NCBI GenBank assembly: GCA_029261875.1
Contig: JAJDAL010000004.1
Span: 21,656 to 85,655, forward strand
Length of the DNA stretch: 64,000 bases
Reading direction: 5' to 3'
Source of the DNA: Deltaproteobacteria bacterium
GTDB lineage: Bacteria > Myxococcota_A > UBA9160 > JAJDAL01
Part shown: in pieces, positions 25,532 through 35,400 of the stretch
Layout: each line of letters opens with the position of its first letter
Position numbering within the stretch: position 1 is the stretch's first letter
Position numbers and translations under genes: made by a program
The notes under the pieces: generated by a model
Seen by the model: only the letters and a program-made list of their open reading frames with translations
What the model was told of the DNA's origin: nothing
Databases searched by the model: none

Positions 25532-27105
25532 GTGCACGCCAGCGCAGCCTCCGCCTGTTCGCCTACGCGGCCATCACGCTGCTGTCCTTCCCGCACGCCT
25601 GGGGGCAAGGCTCCGTCGATTTCGGTTTCGCGCTCGCCTGGTTCGCGCCGGTGTGTTTGGTGTTGTGCGTCGAAGGGCTGCGCCCGGGACGCGCGGCGCT
25701 CTGGGGCTTTGCGGCGGGGACGGTCGCCCACGCGGCGGTGTTGCATTGGATCTACGTCGTGACGGTCACGTACGGTCACGCCGCGCCCGTGGTCGGTGTC
25801 GTCGCCCCGTTGGGACTCGGTGCCTACGTGGGGTTGTTTACGGCGGCGTTTGGCGCCGCGCTTGCGCGCTTTGCCCAGGCGGGCGGATTGACGGCTCTGA
25901 CGGTCGCCGTGCTCTGGACCTGCCTCGACCATTTGCGCTCCTTCTTCTTGACGGGGTTTCCCTGGGCAACCCTCGGCTACGCCCAGCACGAGAACCCCGT
26001 TCTCATGGCGTTGGCACCCGTCACGGGCGTATACGGACTTTCCTTCGCGACCGTTTTGGTTGGGATCGCGGGCTTGCGCGCGGTGCGGGCTTGGCGAATG
26101 GGTCAATCCGTTTCGCGCTCCGATGCCCTGGCGGTTCTCGCCACATCGATCGTCTGTGCGGGGCTCTATTGGGGCAACGCGGTCGAGGAAGATCCAGCGG
26201 CGCGGCGCGTTTCCGTGGCGGTCGTTCAGGGGAATATCGACCAGGGGGTGAAGTGGAGTCCGAAATGGGCGGAGCGCACCCTCGATACCTATGAGTCCCT
26301 GTCGCGCCGCGCGGCGAGCGAAGGAGCGGAGATCATTCTGTGGCCCGAAACCGCCGTGCCGGGATCCATCGACCGCGAAGCGATCGTGCGCGATCGCCTG
26401 GAAGAACTCGCGCGCTCGACCGGGACGACGCTGGTGGTGGGCGGAGTGGGGATCGAGGGGCAAAGGCCGCCGGTCAAGTTCTTCGACAGCGCCTACGTGT
26501 TCGACCCGACGGGTGAGCTAGTCACGCGCTACGACAAATCGCACCTGGTTCCGTTCGGCGAATACGTTCCCTTGCGCGACCTGATCGGATTGTTCGTGTC
26601 CGCCGTCGCGCGCGGTATCGCGCCCGACAATGTGACCGCGGGAGAGGGCCCACGCGCGCTCTCCATGCCGCCGGGAGCGCTCGTTGTCGGGGCGCCGCTC
26701 GTGTCCGCTGGCGTACCGATCTGCTATGAACTGCTCTTTCCGGATCTGGTTCGGCGTTTCGTCGGCGATGGCGCGGGAGTTCTCTTCGCGATCACCAACG
26801 ACGCCTGGTACGGAAGGACCGGGGCACCCTTCCAATTTCTGGCGATCACCGCGCTTCGATCGGCAGAGTCCCGGGTCTGGACGGCACGCGCCGCGAACAC
26901 GGGTGTGTCGGGCTTCATCGATCCGCGGGGCCGGGTCGTCGTGGCGACGCAAATTTTCGAACCTGCCGTGCAGGTCGCACGGATTCCGGTCGAGGGTCCC
27001 AAACGGAGCACGTTCTACGTGAGGCATGGAGACCGCTTCGCGCAACTCTGTTGGTTCGCCCTGTTGATTGTTGGGGTAGCCAGCGTTCGAAGGAGAGAGG
27101 CATGA
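25510..27105 (+). CDS. lnt: apolipoprotein N-acyltransferase
   Basis: Track ORF, 531 aa, with N-terminal polytopic region. CN-hydrolase domain VAVVQGNIDQGVKW...ILWPETAVPG...YDKSHLVPFGEYVP...ICYELLFPDL. Start is GTG 25510, or TTG 25528 (TTGA overlap with the ybeY stop). Confidence 0.9.
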   Translation: MANPNALSARQRSLRLFAYAAITLLSFPHAWGQGSVDFGFALAWFAPVCLVLCVEGLRPGRAALWGFAAGTVAHAAVLHWIYVVTVTYGHAAPVVGVVAPLGLGAYVGLFTAAFGAALARFAQAGGLTALTVAVLWTCLDHLRSFFLTGFPWATLGYAQHENPVLMALAPVTGVYGLSFATVLVGIAGLRAVRAWRMGQSVSRSDALAVLATSIVCAGLYWGNAVEEDPAARRVSVAVVQGNIDQGVKWSPKWAERTLDTYESLSRRAASEGAEIILWPETAVPGSIDREAIVRDRLEELARSTGTTLVVGGVGIEGQRPPVKFFDSAYVFDPTGELVTRYDKSHLVPFGEYVPLRDLIGLFVSAVARGIAPDNVTAGEGPRALSMPPGALVVGAPLVSAGVPICYELLFPDLVRRFVGDGAGVLFAITNDAWYGRTGAPFQFLAITALRSAESRVWTARAANTGVSGFIDPRGRVVVATQIFEPAVQVARIPVEGPKRSTFYVRHGDRFAQLCWFALLIVGVASVRRREA

Positions 27106-28242
27106 GCGCAGACGAAACAATGCTCGATGCGACACAGCTTGCAGAGCAGCTCGACGCGCAGCGCACGCGTGCCGATGAGCTCCGGAGGCGCCTTTGACTG
27201 GGATGCCCTCACGAAGCGCGCCCAGGAACTCGAGGCGGAAGCTTCGCGTCCCGATCTGTGGGACAAACGCGAGCACGCGGAGCAGGTATTGCGCGAGAAG
27301 CGCGCGGTCGAACGCGAGCTCAACTTCTTCGATCGGCTGAATCAAACCCTGGAAGATACGAGCGTGCTGCTCGAACTCGCGGTCGAAATGGAAGACGCGG
27401 GGACGTTCGGCGAAGTCAGCCAGAAGATCGCTGCCCTCGCGAGCGAGCTCGATGGAGCCGAGCTGCGACGCCTCCTGGGCGGCGAACACGACCCCTCCAA
27501 TGCGATTCTTTCCATCAACTCGGGCGCCGGTGGTACGGACGCCTGCGATTGGGCGGAGATGCTCCTGCGCATGTATCTGCGCTGGGCCGAGCGTGGAGGG
27601 ATGAAGACCCAGATCCTGGATCTCCAGGAAGGGGAGGAGGCCGGCATCCGCAGTGTGACGGTGACGGTCGACGGCGACTACGCGTACGGCTATCTCAAGA
27701 CCGAGGAAGGGGTGCACCGTCTCGTGCGAATCTCGCCGTTCGATTCCCAATCTCGCCGCCACACGGCATTTGCGAGCATCTCGGTCTTTCCGGAGATCGA
27801 CGACGAAGTCGAAGTGGAAATCGATGACAAGGACCTGCGTGTGGACACCTACCGGGCCGGCGGAGCCGGGGGGCAGCACGTGAACAAGACCGATTCCGCG
27901 GTGCGCTTGACCCATTTGCCGACGGGGATCGTGGTTCAGTGTCAGAACGAGCGTTCCCAGCACAAGAATCGCGCCTCCGCGCTCAAGGTTTTGCGGGCGC
28001 GGCTCTACGAGCACTTGCGCAAGGAGAAGGAAGTGAAGATGGCTGAGCTCGCGGGAGAAAAGCGCGAGATCGGGTTCGGCAGCCAGATTCGCTCCTATAC
28101 CCTGCATCCCGCCCAGCGCGTCAAGGATCACCGAACCAATGAAGAGATGGGAAATGCCGAAGGGGTTTTGGATGGCGATATCGATCGTTTCATTCGCGCC
28201 ACGTTGTTGCAGCAAACCAGCGGAGAGGGGGTAGGGGGGTGA
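27102..28242 (+). CDS. prfB: peptide chain release factor 2, requires programmed +1 frameshift (27102-27194 joined to 27196-28242)
   Basis: Frame-0 leader MSADETMLDATQLAEQLDAQRTRADELRRRL ends at CTT TGA C (27192-27198). The +1 frame continues DWDALTKRAQELEAEASRPDLWD...SPFDSQSRRHTAFASI...GGAGGQHVNKTDSAVRLTH (SPF and GGQ motifs). ATG 27102 overlaps the lnt TGA and has AGGAGAGAGG upstream. The track start at 27127 is an artefact of the shift. Confidence 0.92.
27184..27198 (+). other. prfB programmed +1 ribosomal frameshift site (SD-like GGAGG, 3-nt spacer, CTT TGA C)
   Basis: GGAGG (27184-27188) CGC CTT TGA C. The architecture is the same as the E. coli prfB site (AGGGGG TAT CTT TGA C). Confidence 0.85.
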
Positions 28243-29711
28243 GCGAGCAGGAACGCGCGTCGCGTCGGGAAACCTTGGAGCGCTTGCGCGAATCGGGCGT
28301 CGATCCCTATCCCGCGCGTGTTGGCGCGCATGCGTCGATCGCCGCGGTGCGCGAAGAGTTCGACGCGAAAAGCGTCGAAGAACTCGAAGAGGCGAACGAA
28401 ACCCGCGCGGTGGTGGGGCGGGTCGTCGCGATCCGCGCCTTCGGAAAGCTGCGCTTTTGGCGTGTGGTGGAAAACGGCGTCGCGATTCAAGTCAGCGTCA
28501 ACAAGCGCGACGTCGACGAGGGGCTGTTCGAGTTCTCGAAGCAGATCGACGTCGGGGATTTCGTCCGCGTGGAAGGCGGCGTGTGGCGAACGCGCACGGA
28601 TGAACTCACGGTGGCGGCGGTTCAGTTGGATCTGCTTTCCAAGAGTTTGCGTCCTCTCCCGGAGAAGTGGCACGGTCTGGTCGACGTGGAGGCGCGCTTT
28701 CGGCAGCGCTACCTCGATCTTCTGGTGAACGAGCGCTCGCGCGAAATCGCCCTGACTTCCAGTCGCGCCATCACGGCCCTGCGCGGAGCCCTCGAACGCA
28801 GAGATTTCCTCGAGGTCGAAACGCCGGTCCTGCAACCCATCTACGGGGGGGCGGCGGCGCGTCCGTTTACGACCCACCACAACGCCAACGACCAGACCTT
28901 GTACCTGCGCATCTCCGACGAGCTGTATCTCAAGCGTTTGGTGGTGGGCGGGCTCGATCGCGTCTACGAAATCGGACACAACTTCCGCAACGAGGGAATT
29001 TCGCGCAAGCACAGCCCCGAGTTCACCATGATGGAGTGCTATCAGGCGTACGCGGATTACCGGGACATGATGGATCTCGCCCAGGCGGTGATCCAAGAAA
29101 TCGCGCGCGACGTTTGCGGCGGCACCAAGATCACCTTCCAAGAGCGGGAAATCGAATTGGGTGGCGAGTGGCCGCGTCGCAGCATGCGGGATGCGATTGC
29201 CGAGGCGACGGGCATCGATATTCTCGCCCAGGGCGACCACGCATCGCTGCGCGACGCCGCCCGGGCCAAAGGACATCCCGTGGCTGCGCCCACCTGGGCC
29301 ACGGCGGTGGATGAATTGTTCAGCGAGACCGTGGAGCCGACACTGACGCAACCCACCTTCATTACGGATTATCCCGTCGAACTCTCGCCCCTGGCGAAGC
29401 GCTCGCCGGAAGATCCGCGGCTGGTGGAGCGCTTCGAGTTGTTCCTCGCCGGGATGGAGATCGCGAATGCGTTCAGCGAATTGAACGACCCCATCGACCA
29501 GCGCGGCCGCTTCGAAGAACAGATCCGTGCGGCCAAGGCTGGCGACGAAGAGGCCCACCCCATGGACGAGGATTATTTAACGGCCCTCGAGCACGGATTG
29601 CCGCCCACGGGCGGGCTTGGCCTGGGGGTGGGGCGTCTCATCATGGTGCTTGCGGACGCGCCCTCGCTTCGCGAGGTTCAACTCTTCCCCCACCTACGTC
29701 CGGAGCAGTAG
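28239..29711 (+). CDS. lysS: lysine--tRNA ligase (class II)
   Basis: Track ORF, 490 aa. OB-fold N-domain, FLEVETPVLQPIYGGAAARPF, EIGHNFRNEGIS, GLGLGVGRLIM. GTGA overlap with the prfB stop. prfB-lysS is a conserved pair. Confidence 0.93.
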   Translation: MSEQERASRRETLERLRESGVDPYPARVGAHASIAAVREEFDAKSVEELEEANETRAVVGRVVAIRAFGKLRFWRVVENGVAIQVSVNKRDVDEGLFEFSKQIDVGDFVRVEGGVWRTRTDELTVAAVQLDLLSKSLRPLPEKWHGLVDVEARFRQRYLDLLVNERSREIALTSSRAITALRGALERRDFLEVETPVLQPIYGGAAARPFTTHHNANDQTLYLRISDELYLKRLVVGGLDRVYEIGHNFRNEGISRKHSPEFTMMECYQAYADYRDMMDLAQAVIQEIARDVCGGTKITFQEREIELGGEWPRRSMRDAIAEATGIDILAQGDHASLRDAARAKGHPVAAPTWATAVDELFSETVEPTLTQPTFITDYPVELSPLAKRSPEDPRLVERFELFLAGMEIANAFSELNDPIDQRGRFEEQIRAAKAGDEEAHPMDEDYLTALEHGLPPTGGLGLGVGRLIMVLADAPSLREVQLFPHLRPEQ

Positions 29712-29714
29712 ACC

Positions 29715-31661
29715 GTGACAATCCCGGGGCTCTGGGATGTTCTCACCACGGCCGGTGGCACCGTGGCGCTCACCTTCATCGTGGCGCTGGCCCTGGGGAT
29801 CGCATCTCTCACACTCTTATTCTTGGGCTCCGCGGTCGTGGTGCTCGAGCGCTTTGCGCGCAGCATTCGACGCCCGCGGACCGGTATCCTGATGGCCTTC
29901 CTGTGGATGATCGCCACGGCGATCTTCATTTGGGACCAGCTCGGTCCCGAGGCGCGCTACGAGGCGGGCTCTACGACGCAATACCTCCTGCTGCTGGCGG
30001 GGGGATCCGCGCTGCTCGTCGCCGTCGCGCTGTTGATTTCCGGAATCGGGTTGCGGCTCTTGCAACCGATGACCCTGGCCCGTGCGAGTCTCGTGGCCCT
30101 GGGTCTCGGGTACGCGTGCTTGGTGGGCGGGAGCGGTCAAGTCGCCTACGCGGTTGCACCCGTGGGTGTATGTGGATTGGCGTCGCTCGTCTGGGCGTGG
30201 TGGCGCAAAGGGTCCGCCAGCGCCATGGAACGCTCGCTGTGGGTTCTCACGGGAACGCTCACGATTGGAATCGTTCTCACCCTCGTACTTCCCGAGCCGG
30301 ATTACAACGTCAGCTTGGTGGGTGTCGGAATTCTCCGCATGTTCGTTTTTTCCGTGGCACTCGGACTCCTGCCCCTGGCCGCGGCGGGCTTCGCGGATTC
30401 GCACAACAGCTTCGAATGGTTCATCGCCGTGCGCTACCTGCTGGCCAAGCGTCGCCAGACCTTCATTTCGGTGATCTCGCTGATCTGTGTGGGGGGTGTG
30501 GCGGTCGGAGTCTGGCTCATCATCACGGTATTGAGCGTGATGAACGGCGCCGAACGAATCTGGCGCGAGGAAATCATCGGCAACCGGGCGCACTTCACCG
30601 TGCAGAGCCGGCTGGGGGCCTTCGAGGAATACGCGTCGGTGCTCGAGAAACTGGAAGGAGTGCCGGACATCGTGGCGGCCTCTCCCTTCCTCGACGCCGA
30701 AGGCATGGTGCGGGGCGAAGGGGGCGAGATCGTCGGTGTGCGCGTGCGCGGCGTGGATCCGACGCGCATCGGAAAGGTCACGGAACTCGAAGAGGACTTG
30801 ATCGAAGGATCGCTGGATGCCTTGGGGACCCAGGGGGACGGGGACCCCGCCATCGTCATCGGCAGCCATCTGTCCTCGGGGCTCGGCATCGACGTCGGCG
30901 ACTCGTTGATCTTGATCTCGCCCTTCGGCGGTCCCCCCACGCCCCTCGGCCCCGGGCCGCGTCTCAAACGTTTCGAAGTGGTGGGCGTATTTCGCTCGAG
31001 CTTCTTCCAATACGAAGAAATCTTCACCTATGTGGGGCTGCCCGCCGCCCAGGATTTTCGGCGCACCGGAGACGTCGTGGATGGCATCGAGGTGCGGGTC
31101 ACCGATTATTACCGCTCTCGCCGTGTGGGAGAGCTGGCCGCTCAGGCACTTCAATTCCCCTACTACACGCGCGACTGGAAGGATTTCTTCCCGGCCTTCT
31201 TCCAGGCGCTCAAGACCGAGCGCGTGATGATGTTCGTCCTGCTCAGCATGGTGATGGTGGTGGCGGCGTTCGTGATCGTCGCCACCCTGGTCATGATGAT
31301 CATGGAAAAGACGAGCGACATTGCGATCTTGAAGGCGATGGGGGCGTCGGACCGGAGTGTCGAACGCATTTTTGCCATCGAGGGAACGCTGATCGGTCTG
31401 GTGGGAACCATCGTCGGCGTCATCGCCGGCATCGTGGTGACCACGCAATTGGGCTGGATTCAGAAACAGATCGAAGTCATCACCGGGATCGATACGCTTC
31501 CGGCCAGCGTCTACAACCTCAACACCTTGCCCTGGGAACTGGATCTGGGTCAGATCGTCGCCGTGGCCGCCATCGCGATGATCCTCGCGCTGGGGGCCAC
31601 GCTGATTCCGAGCCGCCAGGGAGCGCGTCTCGATCCCGCGGAGTCCCTGCGATATGAGTAG
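29715..31661 (+). CDS. LolC/LolE-family lipoprotein-releasing ABC permease with ~230 aa N-terminal polytopic extension
   Basis: Track ORF, 648 aa. The canonical LolC/E body starts near aa 232 (FEWFIAVRYLLAKRRQTFISVISLICVGGVAVGV...) and ends with the FtsX-type C-terminal TM bundle. The preceding 231 aa contain about seven hydrophobic segments. Confidence 0.75.
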   Translation: MTIPGLWDVLTTAGGTVALTFIVALALGIASLTLLFLGSAVVVLERFARSIRRPRTGILMAFLWMIATAIFIWDQLGPEARYEAGSTTQYLLLLAGGSALLVAVALLISGIGLRLLQPMTLARASLVALGLGYACLVGGSGQVAYAVAPVGVCGLASLVWAWWRKGSASAMERSLWVLTGTLTIGIVLTLVLPEPDYNVSLVGVGILRMFVFSVALGLLPLAAAGFADSHNSFEWFIAVRYLLAKRRQTFISVISLICVGGVAVGVWLIITVLSVMNGAERIWREEIIGNRAHFTVQSRLGAFEEYASVLEKLEGVPDIVAASPFLDAEGMVRGEGGEIVGVRVRGVDPTRIGKVTELEEDLIEGSLDALGTQGDGDPAIVIGSHLSSGLGIDVGDSLILISPFGGPPTPLGPGPRLKRFEVVGVFRSSFFQYEEIFTYVGLPAAQDFRRTGDVVDGIEVRVTDYYRSRRVGELAAQALQFPYYTRDWKDFFPAFFQALKTERVMMFVLLSMVMVVAAFVIVATLVMMIMEKTSDIAILKAMGASDRSVERIFAIEGTLIGLVGTIVGVIAGIVVTTQLGWIQKQIEVITGIDTLPASVYNLNTLPWELDLGQIVAVAAIAMILALGATLIPSRQGARLDPAESLRYE

Positions 31662-32334
31662 CCCGCTGCTGGAGGTTCGCGGGCTCGTCAAAAGTTTTCC
31701 GACGGGCGAAGGTGTGATCGAAGTCCTGCGCGGCATCGATCTGGCCATCGAAACAGGCGAGAGCCTCGCGATTCTCGGGCAATCGGGAATCGGCAAGTCC
31801 ACGCTGCTCCATATTCTGGGAACCCTCGATCGCCCGACTGCGGGGAGTGTCCTGTTCCGCGGGGAAGATGTTTTCGACAAGTCTCCCGACGCGTTGGCGC
31901 ACTTCCGCAATCGCTCACTCGGATTCGTGTTCCAGTTCCACCACCTGCTGCCGGAATTCTCGGCGCTCGAAAACACCATGATGCCGGGATTGGTTCGCGG
32001 GCTGACGCAAGACGAGATACGCGGCGATGCGGAAGAGATTCTGCGCGACGTGGGGCTCGGCGACCGGCTCACCCATCCCGTCGGGAAGCTTTCCGGTGGC
32101 GAGCGCCAGCGTGTCGCCGTGGCGCGGGCCTTGATGATGAAGCCGCCGTTGGTGCTCGCCGACGAACCCACGGGCAATCTGGACCCCCAGACCGGCGACC
32201 AGATCGGTGAGCTCCTGCTCGACCTCAACCGCACGCGCAGCACCACACTGATCGTCGTGACCCACAACGAGCGGTTCGCTTCGCGCCTATCACGGCAGGC
32301 GACGCTCTCTGCCGGTAGCGTGCTTCTCGCCTAA
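31654..32334 (+). CDS. lolD: lipoprotein-releasing ABC transporter ATP-binding protein
   Basis: Track ORF, 226 aa. Walker A GQSGIGKST, LSGGERQRVAVARAL, Walker B LVLADEPTGNLD. 8-nt overlap with the permease gene. Confidence 0.88.
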   Translation: MSSPLLEVRGLVKSFPTGEGVIEVLRGIDLAIETGESLAILGQSGIGKSTLLHILGTLDRPTAGSVLFRGEDVFDKSPDALAHFRNRSLGFVFQFHHLLPEFSALENTMMPGLVRGLTQDEIRGDAEEILRDVGLGDRLTHPVGKLSGGERQRVAVARALMMKPPLVLADEPTGNLDPQTGDQIGELLLDLNRTRSTTLIVVTHNERFASRLSRQATLSAGSVLLA

Positions 32335-32372
32335 CTCACCGAACCGAAAAAGAAACTAGCCATCGAGTTCGC

Positions 32373-32401
32373 TTGGATCTGGAAGGGTCACAAGGTAGAA
32401 T
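32373..32401 (+). promoter_or_regulatory. putative sigma70-type promoter upstream of bamA (TTGGAT-N17-TAGAAT)
   Basis: TTGGAT at 32373-32378, a 17-nt spacer, TAGAAT at 32396-32401. It lies in the 136-nt lolD-bamA gap, 70 nt upstream of the bamA GTG. Sequence match only. Confidence 0.3.
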
Positions 32402-32470
32402 CCCGCCTGCCTGACGACTTGCGGCGAAACCACCCCTAAAAGTCGCTGGGGTCGTCGGCGGAGGGGGTTC

Positions 32471-35400
32471 GTGATCCGGTCCCAGATTTCAATCGGCCGG
32501 AAGAGGGCGGTGCTGTCACTGCTTCTCTTCTCGATCGTCACGGTTGCGTCCATCGCGCTACCGGAACGCGCGCGCGCGCAAGCGAGCGCGGAGCCCGTGC
32601 GCGTGCTGATTGCCGTGGTTCCGTTTCGGGTCCACAGCGCGAAGCCCTTGGGTTACCTGGAATCTTCTTTGGCGGATCTGCTTTCCGCCCGGCTCGAATC
32701 GAGCGGCCGCGTGGAAGTGCTCGATTCGCTGGTGGTGCGCGAGGCCGTGGTGGAATACGCGGCGGGCGAGCTCACGGAAACCGCGCTGCGGAGGCTGGGC
32801 GCGGAACTCGGCGCCGAATACGTGGTGACCGGAAGTTTGACCGAGCTGGCCGGCCGCTTCAGCTTCGACGTTCGCGTCACCCCCGCATCGAGTGCGGTGG
32901 CGTCGGAAAGTATGGTGCTCACGGCCGGCGGCGAAGACGAGCTGCTCGATCGTGTCAACGACATCGCCGACCGGGTGCTCTCGATCGTCGGTGTCGAGAC
33001 CAAGGCCGAGATCGCGGAAGTCCGCATCGAACCGCAGGGCTTCCTACCGCCGGAAGTCATGGAGGAACTTCTGACGCGGCCGGGTACGGATTACAACGCG
33101 GACCTGCTGGATCGCGACGCGTTGCTCCTCTCGCGGCGCCCCGAAGTCGCCACGGTCACGGTGGAGACCGAGCGTCGTCCCGAAGGGGTCTTCATCACCT
33201 TTCGCGCGGTGCCCGCCCAGGCGCTGTTCGGTCGCTCGTCCATCGCCGAGGAAGACGCGGGGGATGTGATCGCGGAGATCCATGTGCGCGGCCATCGCCG
33301 CATCGAAGCGGACGCCATTCGGGCGCGCATCGAGACCCGCGCGGGGGACGCCTACCGGTCGGCCCAGATCGCCGCCGATGTGCGCGAGGTCTTCTCCCTG
33401 GGGTTCTTCCGCAATGTGCGCGTGTATTCCGAGGATTCCCCGGATGGGCGAATCGTCGTGTTCGAAGTGGAAGAGAATCCCGTCGTCCGGCGCATCACCA
33501 TCACGGGCAACGACAACATCGACAACGAGAAGATCCGTGATTCGCTGACACTCACCACCGGTTCCACCCTCGATTACCCGCTGTTGTTCGAGAACCAGGC
33601 CCGCATCAAGGCGCTCTACCGCGCCGAGGGGTATTACCTGGCGGACGTGGAGTACGAAATCGATCCGATCGCCGACGAAGCGGTGGCGATCAATTTCGAA
33701 GTCGACGAGAACGACAAGCTGCGCTTGAAGCGCATCGAGTTCACGGGCAACAACCACTTCAGCGACGAAGAGTTGGTGGAAGGCTTCCAGACCAAGATCT
33801 GGCGCTGGTACTCCCACGTGTCGCGTTTCCTCGACAACTCGGGCACCTACGCCGAGCCGATCTTCGATCAGGATTTGCGCGGGGTCGCAGACAAGTACGC
33901 CAATGCGGGTTACCTCCAGGTGCAGGTCGGAGAACCTCGCGTTCAAGCGCTGGACGAAGGGCTCGTCGTGGTCGTCGACATCGTCGAGGGACGGCTTTTC
34001 AACGTGGGGAACATCGAGGTCTCCGGCGACCCCACGGCAGATCTCGAAGCGCTCGACGACCATTTGCTCCTCAAGCAGGGCGATGTGTTCAATCGCTCGT
34101 TTCTCACCGCCGACGTCGAGCGTCTGGAGCAGCGCTATACCGACAACGGATTCTTTTTCGCCAAGGTCACCCCCTTCACCGCCATTACGGAAGAAGAAGA
34201 TGCGGTGAACGTGAATTACACCGTGGAGAAGGGCGAACTCTATTTCATTCGCGACATCGAGATCAGCGGCAACACCACCACCGTTGACGAAGTGTTGCGC
34301 CGGGAAATGCAGATGGTCGAGGGGCAGCTCTATTCGGCCCGCTCGATTCGCATCAGCCAGCAACGCCTGGAGAGTCTGGGGTTCTTCGAAGAGGTGAATT
34401 TCGAGACCCAGCCGACGGACGATCCCGATCGATTGGATCTCGACGTCAAAGTCGTGGAGAAGCCCACGGGGTCGCTTTCCTTCGGCGCCGGGTTCTCGTC
34501 GCTCGATAGCTTCGTGGTCAACGGAAGCATCTCCCAGGCCAACCTGTTTGGTCGCGGCTACGGAATTCAGGCCTCCGCGGATATCGGTGGGACCGCCGAC
34601 CGCTTCTACCTGTCGTTCTCGAACCCCTACGTTCTCGGGACCACTTTTGGATTCAACGCCACGGCGTTCCGCACCGACGTCGAATTCGAGGACTTCAATG
34701 AAGAGCAGCAGGGCATCTCCCTGGCACTCTCCCACATCCTCGATCCCGAAGCGCGCTCTCGCGGTTTTCTGCGGTACGACTGGTCGAGTCGAAAGGTCGA
34801 GCAGGACAGCGGAGTGAACGCCGCCTCGCTGATTTTTCGCGAAGTGCTGAACGGCGAGGAAAGCACCAGCCTACTCGGCGTTTCATTCCGATCCGACACC
34901 CGCGACGACCGCGTGGTGCCGTCGAGCGGAATGCAATTGGGCTTTTCGAGTGAATTCGCGGGGCTCGGCGGATTCTCGAAATTCATCCGCAACGAAGGGC
35001 GCATCAGCCTCTACGCCCCGGCCCCGGAATGGTTGCCCTTTCGTTCGACGTTTTCCTTCACCGCGCGGGCGGGTTGGGCGATTCCCTTCAACGATGTCTC
35101 GGACTTCGACCTGCCGGACGAAAACACCGCTTCTTCTTTCGAGCGCGGGCTGCTGGGCTTGGAGGCCCCGTTCCTGGGACTGCCAACCTTCAATGTCGCC
35201 GTGCTCGGAGACATCGACGACGACCTGAAGCTTCCGCTCACCGAGCGCTACTTCCTGGGCGGACTCGGGACCTTTCAGTTGAGAGGCTATCGCGCAAGGT
35301 CCGTGGGACCGCGCCGCGCGATCCTATGGCGCCCGGTCCTGGGGGGAGCGCTCGGATCGGGATCGGTCTTCTCTCCGGTCGGATTCCTCAACGGAACGTG

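Noticed and set aside
26518-28215. 565-aa minus-strand ORF
   Set aside because: It is antisense to lnt and prfB, both of which have unambiguous motifs. It has no domains of its own.
29817-32267. 816-aa minus-strand ORF
   Set aside because: It is antisense to lolC/E and lolD. Its composition is His/Asp/Arg/Gly-rich (for example DHERRHHHHHAEQDEHHH) and it has no motifs.
33044-34735. 563-aa minus-strand ORF
   Set aside because: It is antisense to bamA, whose POTRA and barrel motifs are clear. Shadow frame.
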